A DNA stretch of 64,000 nt from Podarcis gaigeae. Its lineage: Eukaryota. The notes beneath the pieces were generated by a model. It had not been told where the DNA came from and did not search any database. It was given only the letters and a program-made list of their open reading frames with translations. Each line of letters begins with the position of its first letter. Position 1 is the first letter of the stretch. Below are positions 38,997 through 51,300 of the stretch, in pieces. The position numbers and the translations under genes were made by a program. Where the stretch lies: the NCBI GenBank assembly GCA_964106915.2, contig OZ066914.1; one strand, 5' to 3'.

Positions 38997-39347
38997 AAAG
39001 GTAAAGGGACCCCTAACCATTAGGTCCAGTCGCGGATGAATCTGGGGTTGCGGCGCTCATCTCGCTTTATTGGCCAAGGGAGTCGGCGTGCAGCTTCCGG
39101 GTCATGTGGCCAGCATGACTAAGCAGCTTCTGGCGAACCAGAGCAGCGCACAGAAATGCTGTTTACCTTCCCACCGGAGTGGTACCTATCTATCTACTTG
39201 CACTTGGACGTGCTTTCAAACTGCTAGGTTGGCAGGAGCAGGGACCGAGCAACGGGAGCTCACCCCGTCACGGGGATTCGAACTGCCGACCTTCTGATCG
39301 CAAGTCCTAGGCTCTGTGGTTTAACCCACAGCGCCACCCGCGTCCCT
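38997..39347 (-). mobile_element. Sauria SINE
   Basis: Full length; TSD ATGATAAGATA. Confidence 0.92.
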
Positions 39348-40050
39348 TTATATGATAAGATAGTAAGCATTTTATTTTGCTTGCGTTCAAACAACAGAAC
39401 AAAACCTAAAACATCAAGATTATCTGCAAACAGGAACATCTAGCAGCAACAAATATTTTAGCAAGGATGCCTGAAACATCATATCTACCATCACAGAGGA
39501 TCAGTCAACACAGTAGTCACAAAGCTGTCTCTGATAAGTAGGGAATTATGGATGAGAAATATGTCTATTCTGACTATTAACTGGCACGGCCCAAAAACAA
39601 CATTTACTATGTCACCTTAGAGACTAACAGCCTGATCCTTTGTGCATTTCCTTACACACCTCATTGAATACAAGGATACCTGGGTCCCACCTGCACCATG
39701 AAGATAAAGGATGTTAGTCTTATGCCCCTTTAGCAGTCGTTGCTTCCTCCAAAGAACCCTGGAATCTGCAGTTAGTAAGGGATTTGGAGAGTCGTTAGAA
39801 CATTAATAAACTACAGTTCCCTGCAGTATTCGAAACCCCCATTGCTCTAGGCGTATTTTGCGACGGGGAATTTTATGAACGTGGGCAGCTTCTGAGCTCT
39901 GGGTGCAGTACTGTGCCTAAGATTTCAGTTTACAACTGCAGAGTGGAAGGAAAGGAAGACCCTTTTCTGCCTCCCCACTTCCAGTTACTCTCTGAAGACT
40001 GGATAAGAGACCCTTTTAAGAATATTAGGGGGTGGGCAGGGGAAGGACTA

Positions 40051-40402
40051 GGTAAAGGGTAAAGGGACCCCTGACCATTAGGTCCAGTTGTGACCGACTC
40101 TGGGGTTGCGGCGCTCATCTCGCTTTATTGGCCGAGGGAACTGGCGTACAGCTTCCGGGTCATGTGGCCAGCAGGATTAAGCCGCTTCTGGCGAACCAGA
40201 GCAGCGCACAGAAACACCGTTTACCTTCCCGCCAGAGTGGTACCTATTTATCTACTTGCACCTCGTGCTTTCAAACTGCTAGGTTGACAGAAACAGGGAC
40301 CAAGCAACGAGAGCTCACCCCGTTGCGGCAATTCAAACCACCAACCTTCTGATCGGCAAGCCCTAGGCTCTGTGGTTTAACCCACAGCGCCACCCGCGTC
40401 CC
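40051..40402 (-). mobile_element. Sauria SINE
   Basis: Full length; TSD AGGGGAAGGACTAG. Confidence 0.92.
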
Positions 40403-41157
40403 TTTTAGGGGAAGGACTAGACCATGTGAAAAATGAACATAATATTTTAGCTGCAGTTCATTCATTTTCAGCTTCGTATTCTTTGTTATATAAATAAAAA
40501 GTGCACCGAGACATTATGTTGTTGCGCCCATAACCTCGGTTTAAGGTGACGTTTAGCTCCTAGCTTTCATATCTCAGTTTCTAACACTGGTTCCCTGGGT
40601 TCTTGGGGGGAAGCCATGACTGTTAATAGTGGTATAAGAGTGCTTTAAACACACAGGGCTGGATTCAACGAACCCGGGGTGCTAGGAGAAACCAGCAGAC
40701 AGACTCCCGCTAGGCTAGGGCAATAGGGCTTTCCCGCTACTCTCTTCCCCCAGCATATCCTTTGCGCCTTTCCCAAATCTGCTCTGGAGGGTCAAGAGAA
40801 CCCCCAGAACAACCAACGAGGGGTGGGGAAAGGGGAGATTGTTCCATCATGAAAGCAGAAATGCTGGTAGGAAGGTTGCTGAATTGGCGTGGATGTGACC
40901 TTCCTTTCAAACAAGCATACATCAACCACAGATCACACCTATAAACAGTCCTTTGGGTGACCACCTGTGAGAATAAAGACAAGCTGACGACCAGGCAAGA
41001 TTTGCACACCTACGCACACAAAATTACCAACTGCTTTTTCCATTTTAGCTGACAATGACAAACGAGCACGCAAACCAAAATGTCTCCATGGTTGGTCTAA
41101 CTGGCGGGGGGGGGGGGGGACGGACACAATCATGTGAATGTCCCAGAAACCTTATGT

Positions 41158-41456
41158 CAGGGGTCGGCAACCTAAGGCCCATGGGCCAGAAGCAGCCCAC
41201 TGAGGCTGTTTAACCGGCCCACGAACTGCCCCTGAACCGAGATGCCCATGCTGCGCTAAACACAGTGCAGGGACTCTCTTCCGCAGCTCCAGAAATCGCT
41301 TCTGCACATGCCCAGACGCCAGAAATCGCCTCTGCGCAGGCATGATTTTCGGGGTCTGGGCATGCGCAGACTCAATTTCCAGCGTTGCACTGCGGCGGTC
41401 CAGCCCACTGAGGATCTCTGCGGGAGTGATCCGGCCCATGCCCTTGCCAACCCCTG
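41158..41456. mobile_element. hAT MITE
   Basis: TIR CAGGGGTCGGCAA / TTGCCAACCCCTG; 8-bp TSD CCTTATGT. Confidence 0.88.
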
Positions 41457-42100
41457 CCTTATGTTCTCCAGTAAGCCCAGCCCAGTGAATATCAGACCTC
41501 CAGTCTCCCACCCTCGTACAGCGAGAGCAGCCACTGCCGCCAGCCCCTGGAGACTTGACGTCTTCCTGTTTCCTCATTCTCGTCACACAACATGGAGACT
41601 CTGGCAGACGAGGCTGGGACAGAGCCTTGAACACACTCTCAGCTGTCTTTCAGAGCCCTAGCAAGGACACTGGAGGGGAACAGCCTTGCCCAGATAGTAA
41701 TCCTGAAACAAACAGTAATGCACGAGTCTGCAAGTGCACACAGCATCCATAATTATTTATTGTTCAAATACAGCGATTTTTTTAAAAAGAAAGGACCAAG
41801 AAAGCCTGACGGCAGGTTTTCATCGCCATTCCAATCTGCTCAGTAACGTGCAAAATTTGTCCTAGGTGGCACTCGTCCAGGCTTCCATTAGACACTTAGC
41901 ACCACTTTTCTAGCAGCTATATGTCAAAGACAAAACAATATTTGAAAGAGGCTGGGTTTTTCTTTTTTGCATCAAATGCTCCTTTGCACTCTCTCCTTAT
42001 TGCTTCTCTGTAGCAAGGAGTTCGATTCAGCAGCTCTTAGCGACTGGAATCTTTTCAGGGCAATGTAAATTTTCCAGAGCAATTCTGAGATTAAATAGCT

Positions 42101-42103
42101 ACA

Positions 42104-42160
<57 letters not shown>
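42101..42160. repeat. Compound (AC)n(AG)n microsatellite
   Basis: Read directly from the sequence. Confidence 0.95.
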
Positions 42161-42163
<3 letters not shown>

Positions 42164-42431
42164 AACTAGCTATGAGCCCTTTGAGGAAAAAACTGGTTTT
42201 TCGAAAAAGGCAAGAAAATAGCCAAAGTGGTTGCCATGGTTAGGACTAGAAGATATTCCCTGAGTCAAATCCACACCTCATTGAAGACAATGACTAAACT
42301 CTCATAGGTTTTAATGGCTCTGAACTGGAAGTCATGTTTGCAAAATTTGCCCCTGGTTGCAGTTTCCATGCTGCTGCCGAAAAAGTATCTCGACTTCAGT
42401 GAGACCACAGACATAGGCAGACCCCCTAGTG

Positions 42432-42680
42432 TAGGGGCCAGCTAACTTTTTCAGCAGGGGGCTGGTCCCCTGTCCCTCAGACCTTGTGGGGGGCCGGACT
42501 ATATTGGGCGGGGGGAATGAACTAATCCCTATGCCCCACAAATAACCCAGAGGTGCATTTTAAATAAAAGCGCACCTTCTACTCATGTAAAAACACGCTG
42601 ATTCCCAGATCGTCTGTGGGCAAGATTTAGAAAGTGATTGGGCCGGATCCAGCCCCTGGGCCTTAGTTTGCCTACCCATG
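42432..42680. mobile_element. hAT MITE (MER30-like ends)
   Basis: Ends TAGGGGCCAGCTAAC / GTTTGCCTACCCATG; near-perfect 8-bp TSD CCCTAGTG/CCATAGTG. Confidence 0.7.
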
Positions 42681-43850
42681 CCATAGTGCAACCATCCGCA
42701 ATATATTGGACCTATAGAAGCACATCTAATGAACTGAAACATTCAATATTTGCTTGACAATTATGTGATACTCAAAAAAATAAAGCCACACACATGAAAC
42801 CCTTTTTTTAAAACTACACGTAAGAACAACTTGTGGGGGGAACTCTGCAACATTATCTCTCAGGTCTTGCAGTCCTTTTATTTTATTTTTTTAAAGACTT
42901 TTAAAATCTTACTAGGAATTACGATTGAAAGCCCTGTCTGAATGAAGATCTTGGATTCGTGGGTCTTTAGGAAAGCACATCATGTCTGCAAAGTGTGTGT
43001 GGGGGGGGGGGGGGTTTAGAGTGCCAGAGATTCTGCACCTTGGGAATTTCCTTTCCTTTCAAAAATGTTTAAGACAAAAACAAACTCCTACATTCCTCAG
43101 GTATTGCGGGGAGAAAGGAATGCTTTTAAAAAAAGGTAGCAAATGTTTCAAAATTCACATCATGGAGGTTTTTCCACTTTGTAATCACTTTTGTTTCTCT
43201 TTCTCTGCAATAATTAAGGATGTCCTTGAGTTACAGATTTTAAAGAGCAAAGCTGATAAGATGGAATGTTTAAGGATCCTAGTGCTTCTCCCCCCCCCCA
43301 TAAGCTGCCCGTCTACAAAGAGTCACATTTATCCCACAAAGCCTATCGTTTGTTTCTTGAGTTAAAGAAAGATTTGCGACACACAAAAGCAAAATACAAG
43401 TCAGCAGAAGCACCACAGTTAGCTCAGCTAACAGTAAAGCAGCATGAGAAAACAGAACCACAACCAAGTTCATCATGGACTGAAAACACCTGAGAAATAA
43501 AATGGGGTTTGCTTCATACCAACAAGGTAGAAAAGTGGGTATAGATAGGGCACCACCACCGAGAAGGCCTTCACTTCCAGTTCCAGAATACGGCCATCCA
43601 AGAAGCCAAGCTGGTAAGCAATCCTTCAGGCAGCCTGAGTCCAATGTACTGAAAAGTAAAGCACAGGGCCAGCCCAAACATGAGACAAGCTGAGGCAGCC
43701 ACCTTGGGCTGGGGAAGCCTTAGAGGAGGAGGCGCACCACCTCTGCCACCGGCACAGCGCACAAGATCTCACACGATTTTGGCAAGTTCTCGTACGATTT
43801 TGCCAGAACCTATGGTCACTGCCTTGTTTATGGTCCAGCTGGACCATAAT

Positions 43851-44455
43851 GAGCTGGACCATAAAGAAGGCTGATCGCCGAAGAATGGATGCTTTTGAAT
43901 TATGGTGCTGGAGGAGACTCTTGAAAGCCCCATGGACTGCAAGAAGATCAAACCTCTCCATTCTGAAGGAAATCAGCCCTGAGTGCTCACTGGAAGCAGA
44001 GGCGTAGCGTGGGGGGGTGCAGGGGGGGCCGGCCGCACCGGGCACAACATCTGGGGGTTAGGGTTAGGGGGCGCAAATCCACAGGTTAGGGGGCGCAAAT
44101 CCACAGGTTAAGGGGCGCAAATCCACGGGTTCGGGGGCGCAGATTACTTGCCTTGCCCCGGGTGCTGACAACACACGCTACGCCACTGACTGGAAGGATA
44201 GATCCTGAAGCAGAGGCTCCAAGACTTTGGCCACCTCATGAGAAGAGAAGACTCCCTGGAAAAGACCCTGATGTTGGGAAGGATGGAGGGCACAAGGAGA
44301 AGGGGACGACAGAGGACGAGATGCTTGGATAGTGTTCTCGAAGCTACCAGCATGAGTCTGACCAAACTGCGGGAGGCAGTGGAAGACAGGAGTGCCTGGC
44401 GTGCTCTGGTCCATGGGGTCACGAAGAGTCGGACTAAACGACTAAACAACAACAA
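43851..44455 (+). mobile_element. BovB/RTE LINE 3' fragment interrupted by the hAT MITE
   Basis: BovB sequence is collinear on both sides of the ACTGGAAG duplication; (CAA)n tail. Confidence 0.9.
43997..44188. mobile_element. 192-bp hAT MITE (empty sibling of 63084-63622) nested in a BovB fragment
   Basis: TIR CAGAGGCGTAGCGTG...CACGCTACGCCACTG. Perfect 8-bp TSD ACTGGAAG (43989-43996, 44189-44196). The core is GGGTTAGGGTTAGGGGG plus ~22-bp tandem repeats GGTTAGGGGGCGCAAATCCACA. Confidence 0.92.
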
Positions 44456-44724
44456 TGGTTACTGCCACAGCTTTGCCGGTGCTGCAGCACAACCCAGTGA
44501 CCAGGCAGATCCCGTGGGCATCTCCAAGCCATGAGCTTGATCCTACAGACACAGCTGCATAAAAAGCACGTTAGCAACCTCATCCCACTATCTAATGTTT
44601 CACCGGCTCTCGCTCTCATCCGGTAAAGGCCGAAGTTCCAAACTAAGGGACAGCTCCTTATGCAGGCAGAAAACCTTCAACATGTCCAATGTTGCTGATT
44701 TTCCTACCACCCAAAGAAGCTGTA

Positions 44725-44948
44725 CAGTCGTACCTTGGATCCCAAACGCCTTGCGTCTTGAACGTTTTGGCTCCCAAATGCCGCAAACCAGGAAGTGAGT
44801 GTTCCGGTTTGCAAATGTTCTTTGGAAGCCGAATGTCCAACGCGGCTTCCGATTGCCTGCAGGAAGCTCCTGCAGCCAATCAGAAGCCCGCCTTGGCTGT
44901 CAAATGTTTTCAGAAGTCGGAATCCATTCAACAACCAAGGTACGACTG
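44725..44948. mobile_element. Tigger/pogo-like MITE, family C (inverted relative to 25927)
   Basis: CAGTCGTACCTTGG...CCAAGGTACGACTG TIRs. Confidence 0.85.
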
Positions 44949-45131
44949 TGCTTCATTATCATTTTGCACCCAGTAGCCACAGCATATTCTACAGTTGAAG
45001 CAACATTTGCAACTTGAGTCTAAAAGTTCTCATACCATTTCTTCTGAGGAGGGGTTCAGTCTGACACCGGCTTTTAATGGGCAGCTGCAGCCTTGGAATG
45101 AGACTGCCTTTTCCCATCCTCTTTTCTAATA

Positions 45132-45335
45132 CAGCGGTACCTCAGGTTACATACGCGTCAGGTTACAGACTCCACTAACCCAGAAATAGTACCTTGGGTT
45201 AAGAACTTTGCTTCAAGATGAGAAAAGAAATCGCGCAGCGGCAGCAGTGGGAGGCCCCATTAGCTAAAGTGGTGCTTCAGGTTAAGAACAGTTTCAGGTT
45301 AAGAATGGACCTCCAGAACGAATTAAGTTCCACTG
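45132..45335. mobile_element. Tigger/pogo-like MITE, family A
   Basis: TA-CAGCGGTACCTCAGGTTAC...CACTG-TA. Confidence 0.85.
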
Positions 45336-45642
45336 TACTAGTTAGCTCCCAGACTTCTGGGATTTGGCAGTGGGGAAGCTTCCAGACGAGGAGAGCTTGG
45401 GGTCTCAGGCCTCCAGATTTAGAAGCAACAACCTACAACACAAATCTTCATCTAGTTTCATGGAGTGACCTGCACCTTCGCTTGGCCATAGGGAACACCA
45501 ACCGACAGTGGCACAGCACAAAACAGAGCCCAAAAAACTCAGAAGGTAACAAAGTTTCGAGTAACCCAGGGATTTCCTGCTGCCTCTGCAGGGATGTATC
45601 ATGTGTGGGAGCAACAATAGAACTCATGCACACCCAACCAAG

Positions 45643-45800
45643 CTGAATGTTGGAAGATTCAGGAGGGAGAAAAGAAAGTCCTCCACGCAGGACAGCAGAG
45701 TCACCCTATGGAACTTGTTCCCCAAGGAAGCAGTGATGGACACCAACTTGAATGGCTTTAGAAGCGGATCAGACAGATTCGTGGAGAAGGAGAGGGTGAT
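45643..45800 (+). mobile_element. Old CR1 LINE fragment
   Basis: Degenerate ORF2 C-terminal motif (...LWNLFPKEAVMDTNLNGFR...DRF). Confidence 0.6.
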
Positions 45801-45865
45801 CAACAGTGTTAGAAATTGACCAATGGTACCAAATAGTATGGGAAACAGCCCTACTAGAAAAAATA

Positions 45866-46656
45866 CCGTATTTTCCGCTCCATAAGACGCACTTTCTTCT
45901 TCCTAAAAAGTAAAGGGGAAATGTCTGTGTGTCTCATGGAGTGAATGTGTGGTCCCTGGAGCCGAATTGCCCAGGGGCGAAAAGCAGATCATGCTTTAAA
46001 AAAATAATAATAAAAGAGGGAAGGGGGGTGTTGAAACAAAGCCGCTGATTGGCAAGTCATCGGGAGATAAGGCTGCTGGTAAAGGAGGCTGCCGAGGGAG
46101 GTAAAGACAGTGAACTTGCAAGGAGAGGAGACAGGAATACTAAAACAAGCAATGAGGAGAGAAATGAGAAGAAAAGGAGGAGCAAAAAAGTGCTCCAGCT
46201 AAGGAAAAGACACTAAGGCAAACAAGAGGGAAGGGAGTGTTGAAAGGAAGCAGCTGATCGGTGGGATCGGGAAAGAGATAAGGGATACGATAAAGGAGGC
46301 TGCCTGGGAGGGGGGAGGTAAAAGCCCATGAATCCTCAGGATTTTTACATTGGGTCACCCCAAATTCACCATCAGATCACATAGCATGTCCATGGCTACA
46401 GCCTGCACCAAAAAAATCACACACCCACTGTTGCGTGGGGCTGCAATGGTACAAATAATGTGGTTACAAAGCACGGACCCACATGGATCCTCAGGATTTT
46501 TGTATTTGGTCACCCCAAATTCACCGTCAGATCACATGTCTGTGGCCACAGCATGAACCACAAAAATCATACATCCACTGTTTCGTTCAGAATATTTTTT
46601 TTTTCTTGTTTTCCTCCTCTAAAAACAAGGCGCGTCTTATGGAGCGAAAAATACTG
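45866..46656. mobile_element. Longer Tc2-like non-autonomous element sharing arms with the 12802 and 33483 MITEs
   Basis: TIR CCGTATTTTCCGCTCCATAAGACGC / GCGTCTTATGGAGCGAAAAATACTG. The interior differs and contains two internally duplicated blocks. Confidence 0.8.
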
Positions 46657-46779
46657 TGACCAATAAACTGAAATTGACACGGGGACAAATAGAAGACGAC
46701 ACCTTCACCCCGGTATGGCTCCCCTTTATCACATACACAGCCCAACAAGACAATGACAAAAATTCACCAACAGCATACA

Positions 46780-46892
46780 GGAGCTGGAACCGAACAACAG
46801 GAGTTCACCCCGTCGCGGGGATTTGAACTGCCGACCTTCTGATCGGCAAGCCCTACGCTCTGTGGTTTAACCCACAGCGCCACCCACGTCCT
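46780..46892 (-). mobile_element. Sauria SINE head fragment
   Basis: tRNA-like head CCGACCTTCTGATCGGCAAG...CGCCACCCACGTCC. Confidence 0.8.
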
Positions 46893-48648
46893 TGAGCCTT
46901 ATTATATTGGTGTTCAAATCTAGCCAGGGGCCAGGCACCTCCACCCTCTGGAGCTGCATGCCTGGGGGATCATTGGATCTGGACTGTTTTGCTAGCAACA
47001 CCTCCTGCAGAATTCGATCAGATATATTTCATCTGCACATTCGGAATGAATTTCAGGACCCCCAATGCTTTTTCTGTGAAGCCTGAGCAGAAACAGTGAA
47101 CAAAGTTATAATCGACGGTCTTCAGTGCCCCCACCCCATTGTCCTGCCCACAGTTGCGGAGAATATCCCTACATTATGAATGTTTCATGTCACCATTAAG
47201 AAAAAGAGGTCGGAATGGGCCAATATATATGTGGACTATCCCCGGATCAAGTGACTTTTCTTCTTTAAGTTCTCAAAGTTCTTAACCTAGCTCAAGGTTG
47301 TCATGCGAACAATCCAGACGTTGAACTGATAATCAATCACAGCCTGTCCGTCATTTGAAAAACAAGGCTTTAGTGCCGCCTGGCCCCAAAACAACAACTA
47401 GACATTCCGTTTTTGTGACTGTAACCTTGGTAACCCTTTGGTGCCTGGTTTATATATCCGAGTTTCAAATACTGGTTACAGTATGTGGGAATGAAGACAC
47501 GTCACGTCATAGAACCCTGGAGAATCCACAGCCCAGTGGCAATTGTGGATTGTGAAGAAGGGCAAGAATCCCATGCCAATCACTCACACATCCCTGCAAT
47601 CTGTTCTGTTCTGCTTGGGAAGATAAGGGACTGAGTACCAGGACTTGCCAATGAAGGCAAACTTGCTTCTGCCATTGCCACCAGCCCTAGGAACTGGCAT
47701 GCATTTAACCGCTTGCCATACCTCATTAACCACCTTGGCCCAACGCCCCTCCATTTCTGCCACTTTTAGCTACTGAGGTTAAATCAATTCCACCTACTTG
47801 TTTACACTCGGCAAACGCAAACCAAGCAGTCATGTACAATTTGCAAGGCAGAGAAGGAGCAAGACAGGAGAAGATCGCACCTCCTCCATCTGAGAGATCC
47901 TCTCTCACTCCAGGTAAAAGCCTTTTTTGCAATGCCTGCAGTTTGCAGAGTGGGAGCTGTCCCACAATTTCAGGAAAGGCAAGCCCAGAACGGTGGCGTG
48001 GGGAACATAATCGCGATGCACAATAAAAGCAGTCCCCTGCCTATGCTGTAGTCATAATTAAACCTATTTAAAATGTGACACTCAGGTAAAGCAAACGGCA
48101 CAAAATGTGCTATAACTGTACAATAATTCCCACATTCTGCCACAGCTCTGAATTATTGCTCTGGAGGAAAGAAGGGAGGAATCACACTTTCAACAGTGAC
48201 AAAAAACGTTGAGGTTTGAATACAGGAAGAACGTGATTTTCTAGCAGCAGAAACTTTGCCTCAAGGGAAGATGCATGAAATCCTGACAAAAGCTGAACAA
48301 CAAAGCAATCCCTGTATGCCTGGAAACACCAATATAGGATGTTTTGCTAGAGGCCATGCTGACATTTGTTGTGCAAGTCCAATATCCTACCCATTGAATT
48401 TTATTATTATTATTATTATTAAAGTTAAAACACATTAGCTTATCATTCTTATTAAAAAACCAGGAACAAAGAAACATAACAAACAGGGAATATATGGCAG
48501 GGTTTTTTTGCATTTCAAATTAATCAGGAGTATGATCATAATCAAATGTATAACCCACCCTTCACCAGCAAGCCCCAGAGCAGGGTACAATTTAAAAGTC
48601 AGAAATTAAAAACAATTAACACAAATTACAGTCAGGGGGAATAGGGTG

Positions 48649-49073
48649 GGCAGTGGAAGACAGGAGTGCCTGGCGTGCTCTGGACCATGGCGTGTGCTGG
48701 ACCAGAGCATGCCAGGCACTCCTGTCTTCCACTGCTTCCAGCGGTTTGGTCAAACTCATGTTCATAGCTTCGAGAACACTGTCCAACCACCTCGTCCTCT
48801 GTCGGCCCCTTCTCCTTGTGCCCTCCATCTTTCCCAACATCAGGGTCTTTTCCAGGGAGTCTTCTCTTCTCATGAGGTGGCCAAAGTATTGCAGCCTCAG
48901 GTTCAGGATCTGTCCTTCCAGTGAGCACTCAGGGCTGATTTCCTTCAGAATGGATCGGATTGATCTTCTTGCAGTCCATGGGACTCTCAAGAGTCTCCTC
49001 CAGCACCATAATTCAAAAGCACCAATTCTTCGGCGATCAGCCTTCTTTATGGTCCAGCTCTCACTTCCATACA
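48649..49073 (-). mobile_element. BovB/RTE LINE 3' fragment with fold-back end
   Basis: ORF 48616-49074 reads YGSESWTIKKADRRRIGAFELWCWRRLLRVPW. Confidence 0.9.
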
Positions 49074-50950
49074 ACTAGACAATGGCAACTAGACATTCCA
49101 TTTTGGTCACTGTAACCTTGGTTTAAAGAGCCATTTAGTGCCTAGCTTATATATCTGAGTTTCTAACACTACCCCTGAGCTGACAATCTTCTTTGTCCAA
49201 TAAACATATACAAATACAAATCCATAGTTTAGTTACTTCAAATTTACACTTTGAACACAAATCCTGAAACAGGCGAGCAGACCTGCAGAGAGACCTAGTC
49301 AAAGGAAACCAACTAATATTCATATTTCACTGGAGAGGACCACAGAGTCAAGTAAGTAATTCCCACAAGGCCAGCATTGCTTTCTTTTTCCTTTCTTGCA
49401 ATTTTACTTGGCACTATTAAATCATTGGGAGGCAGAAACCCTTACTGATCTACTGCAAACAACCAAGAGATCTACCAGTACATCCTAACCTACCTTTCAC
49501 CCAGCTCTGATCTACAAGATCTAATAAGATTTCTAAAAAGATTGAATGGATCCCACAGTTCAGGCAGGCTCACATGGAAGATTATCCCGCTGGTCTTTTA
49601 GCAAATGTATTTCAGCCATCTATAGCTCTGTTAGTATATGGAGTTGCCTCGTTTTTGCCCTCATGGTGGCCTGGAGACTTGTAACACAGAGAAACCATAA
49701 TTTGTAACCAGGGTTTCTGCAGCCAAAACACGTCAAAGGCAAATCACCTTAAACCCTTTTACTTTACATCCTGCATTGTGTGCAAGTGTGACAGGAAGTG
49801 TTTTAGCGTACTCAACAGCCTTTTCCAATCCTCCGTAGCTCACAGGTGGCTGCTTCTTCTTGGAATTCAACTCTTCCTGCAAGCTATTCTCGCGGGGCAT
49901 GATGTACAATAAGCACTTAGAAATGTGTTTTGCTGTGACTGGAACCAAGATGAAATAGCAATATTAAAGGAGATGAGTTTGGTTTATGGAGTGGCCAAGT
50001 ATGCCATTATTCTAGAACAATGGGGAATGGCATGAAGGAAGGAATGTTCCGCCACGTGATTTATTCCTTTCCAGTAGCAGCGGAAAATTTTCGACCGGCC
50101 AGCAAAATGGCCCCGTCTGCCAAATATAAGTCAGCTTAATGGCTAACAGAGTTGTGCTAGATTAGTCCTGCCATTGTAATACTTCCATAGCCCCAGACGA
50201 CCTCACAGCCTCTCTCATCACTTTACAGCAACATCTCAAGAGGGGGAAATACGAGCTGCCCTAAATTATGACTGCCACTCCAAACAGCCAATAGGACTGA
50301 CAAGAAAAAAACCTTTGCACCTTACCTCAGAAGCAAATCCCACTGTGCTCAATAAGGCTTGTGCTCAAGGAAGTGTGCTTAAAACCTGCAGCCTGCATGA
50401 AAAAGCATATTTTGAGATTTCTTGTTTCAAAGGGCAAGGTTAGCCTTCTGAAGGTAAGGCAGAACAGAGGCTCTTTCTTGACCTCTCTCTCTCCCTTCCC
50501 CTAAGTGAGTGGGTATTGCCAAAGAGAGTGCGTTAATATGGCCCAGTGTGTGTAGATAGGATGATCCTCACATTGTTTTTGGTTAACACAGAGAACCTAC
50601 TAAGCAGACCATTTTAAACAAAAAACCACCAACGCAATCCAGCGTGACGTTTTCTCAAGCAAGCCTCACTGAACTCAGGGAGAGCTCTGCAAAAGTACGA
50701 CAGTCATGTGAATGAAGTCAGCGCTTAGCTAACTTGACATACACCTAGTTATTTGGGAAATGTGTGTGCATAAAAACAGAAACAATCAGGAGATTAAAAA
50801 AAACGCTCTCTAAAATGAAGGTCCATCCATGGACCTTTGGTCCTCCAGGAGCCACTGGGCTGCATCTCTCATCACTCCTGAATGCTCTCCAGGGTGACTG
50901 TAGTACAGTAAGATCTGAAAGAGACACAGGTCCAACCATTCCTAGCCTAT

Positions 50951-51300
50951 CACCTGAAGGAGCGTCTCCACCCCCATTGTTCTGCCTGGATGCTGAGGTC
51001 CAGCTCCGAGGGCCTTCTGGCGGTTCCCTCATTGTGAGAAGTGAGGTTACAGGGAACCAGGCAGAGGGCCTTCTCGGTAGTGGCGCCTGCCCTGTGGAAT
51101 GCCCTCCCATCAGATGTCAAAGCGATAAATAACTACCTGACATTCAGAAGACATCTTAAGGCAGCCCTGTTCAGGGATGTTTTTAATCTGTGATATTTTA
51201 GTGTATTTTTGGTTTCTATGGAAGCCGCCCAGAGTGGCTGGGGTAACCCAGCCAGATGGGCGGGGTACAAATAATAAATTATGATTATTAATTATTATTA
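50951..51300 (+). mobile_element. L2 LINE 3' fragment
   Basis: Same family as the 24229 and 61641 copies; ends CCAGATGGGCGGGGTACAAATAATAAA. Confidence 0.88.

Noticed and set aside
44058-44142. Regular ~22-bp repeats that could be taken for a CRISPR array or an interstitial telomere
   Set aside because: They are head-to-tail with no unique spacers and only two or three TTAGGG-like units are contiguous. They lie inside a TIR/TSD-bounded MITE in a vertebrate genome.
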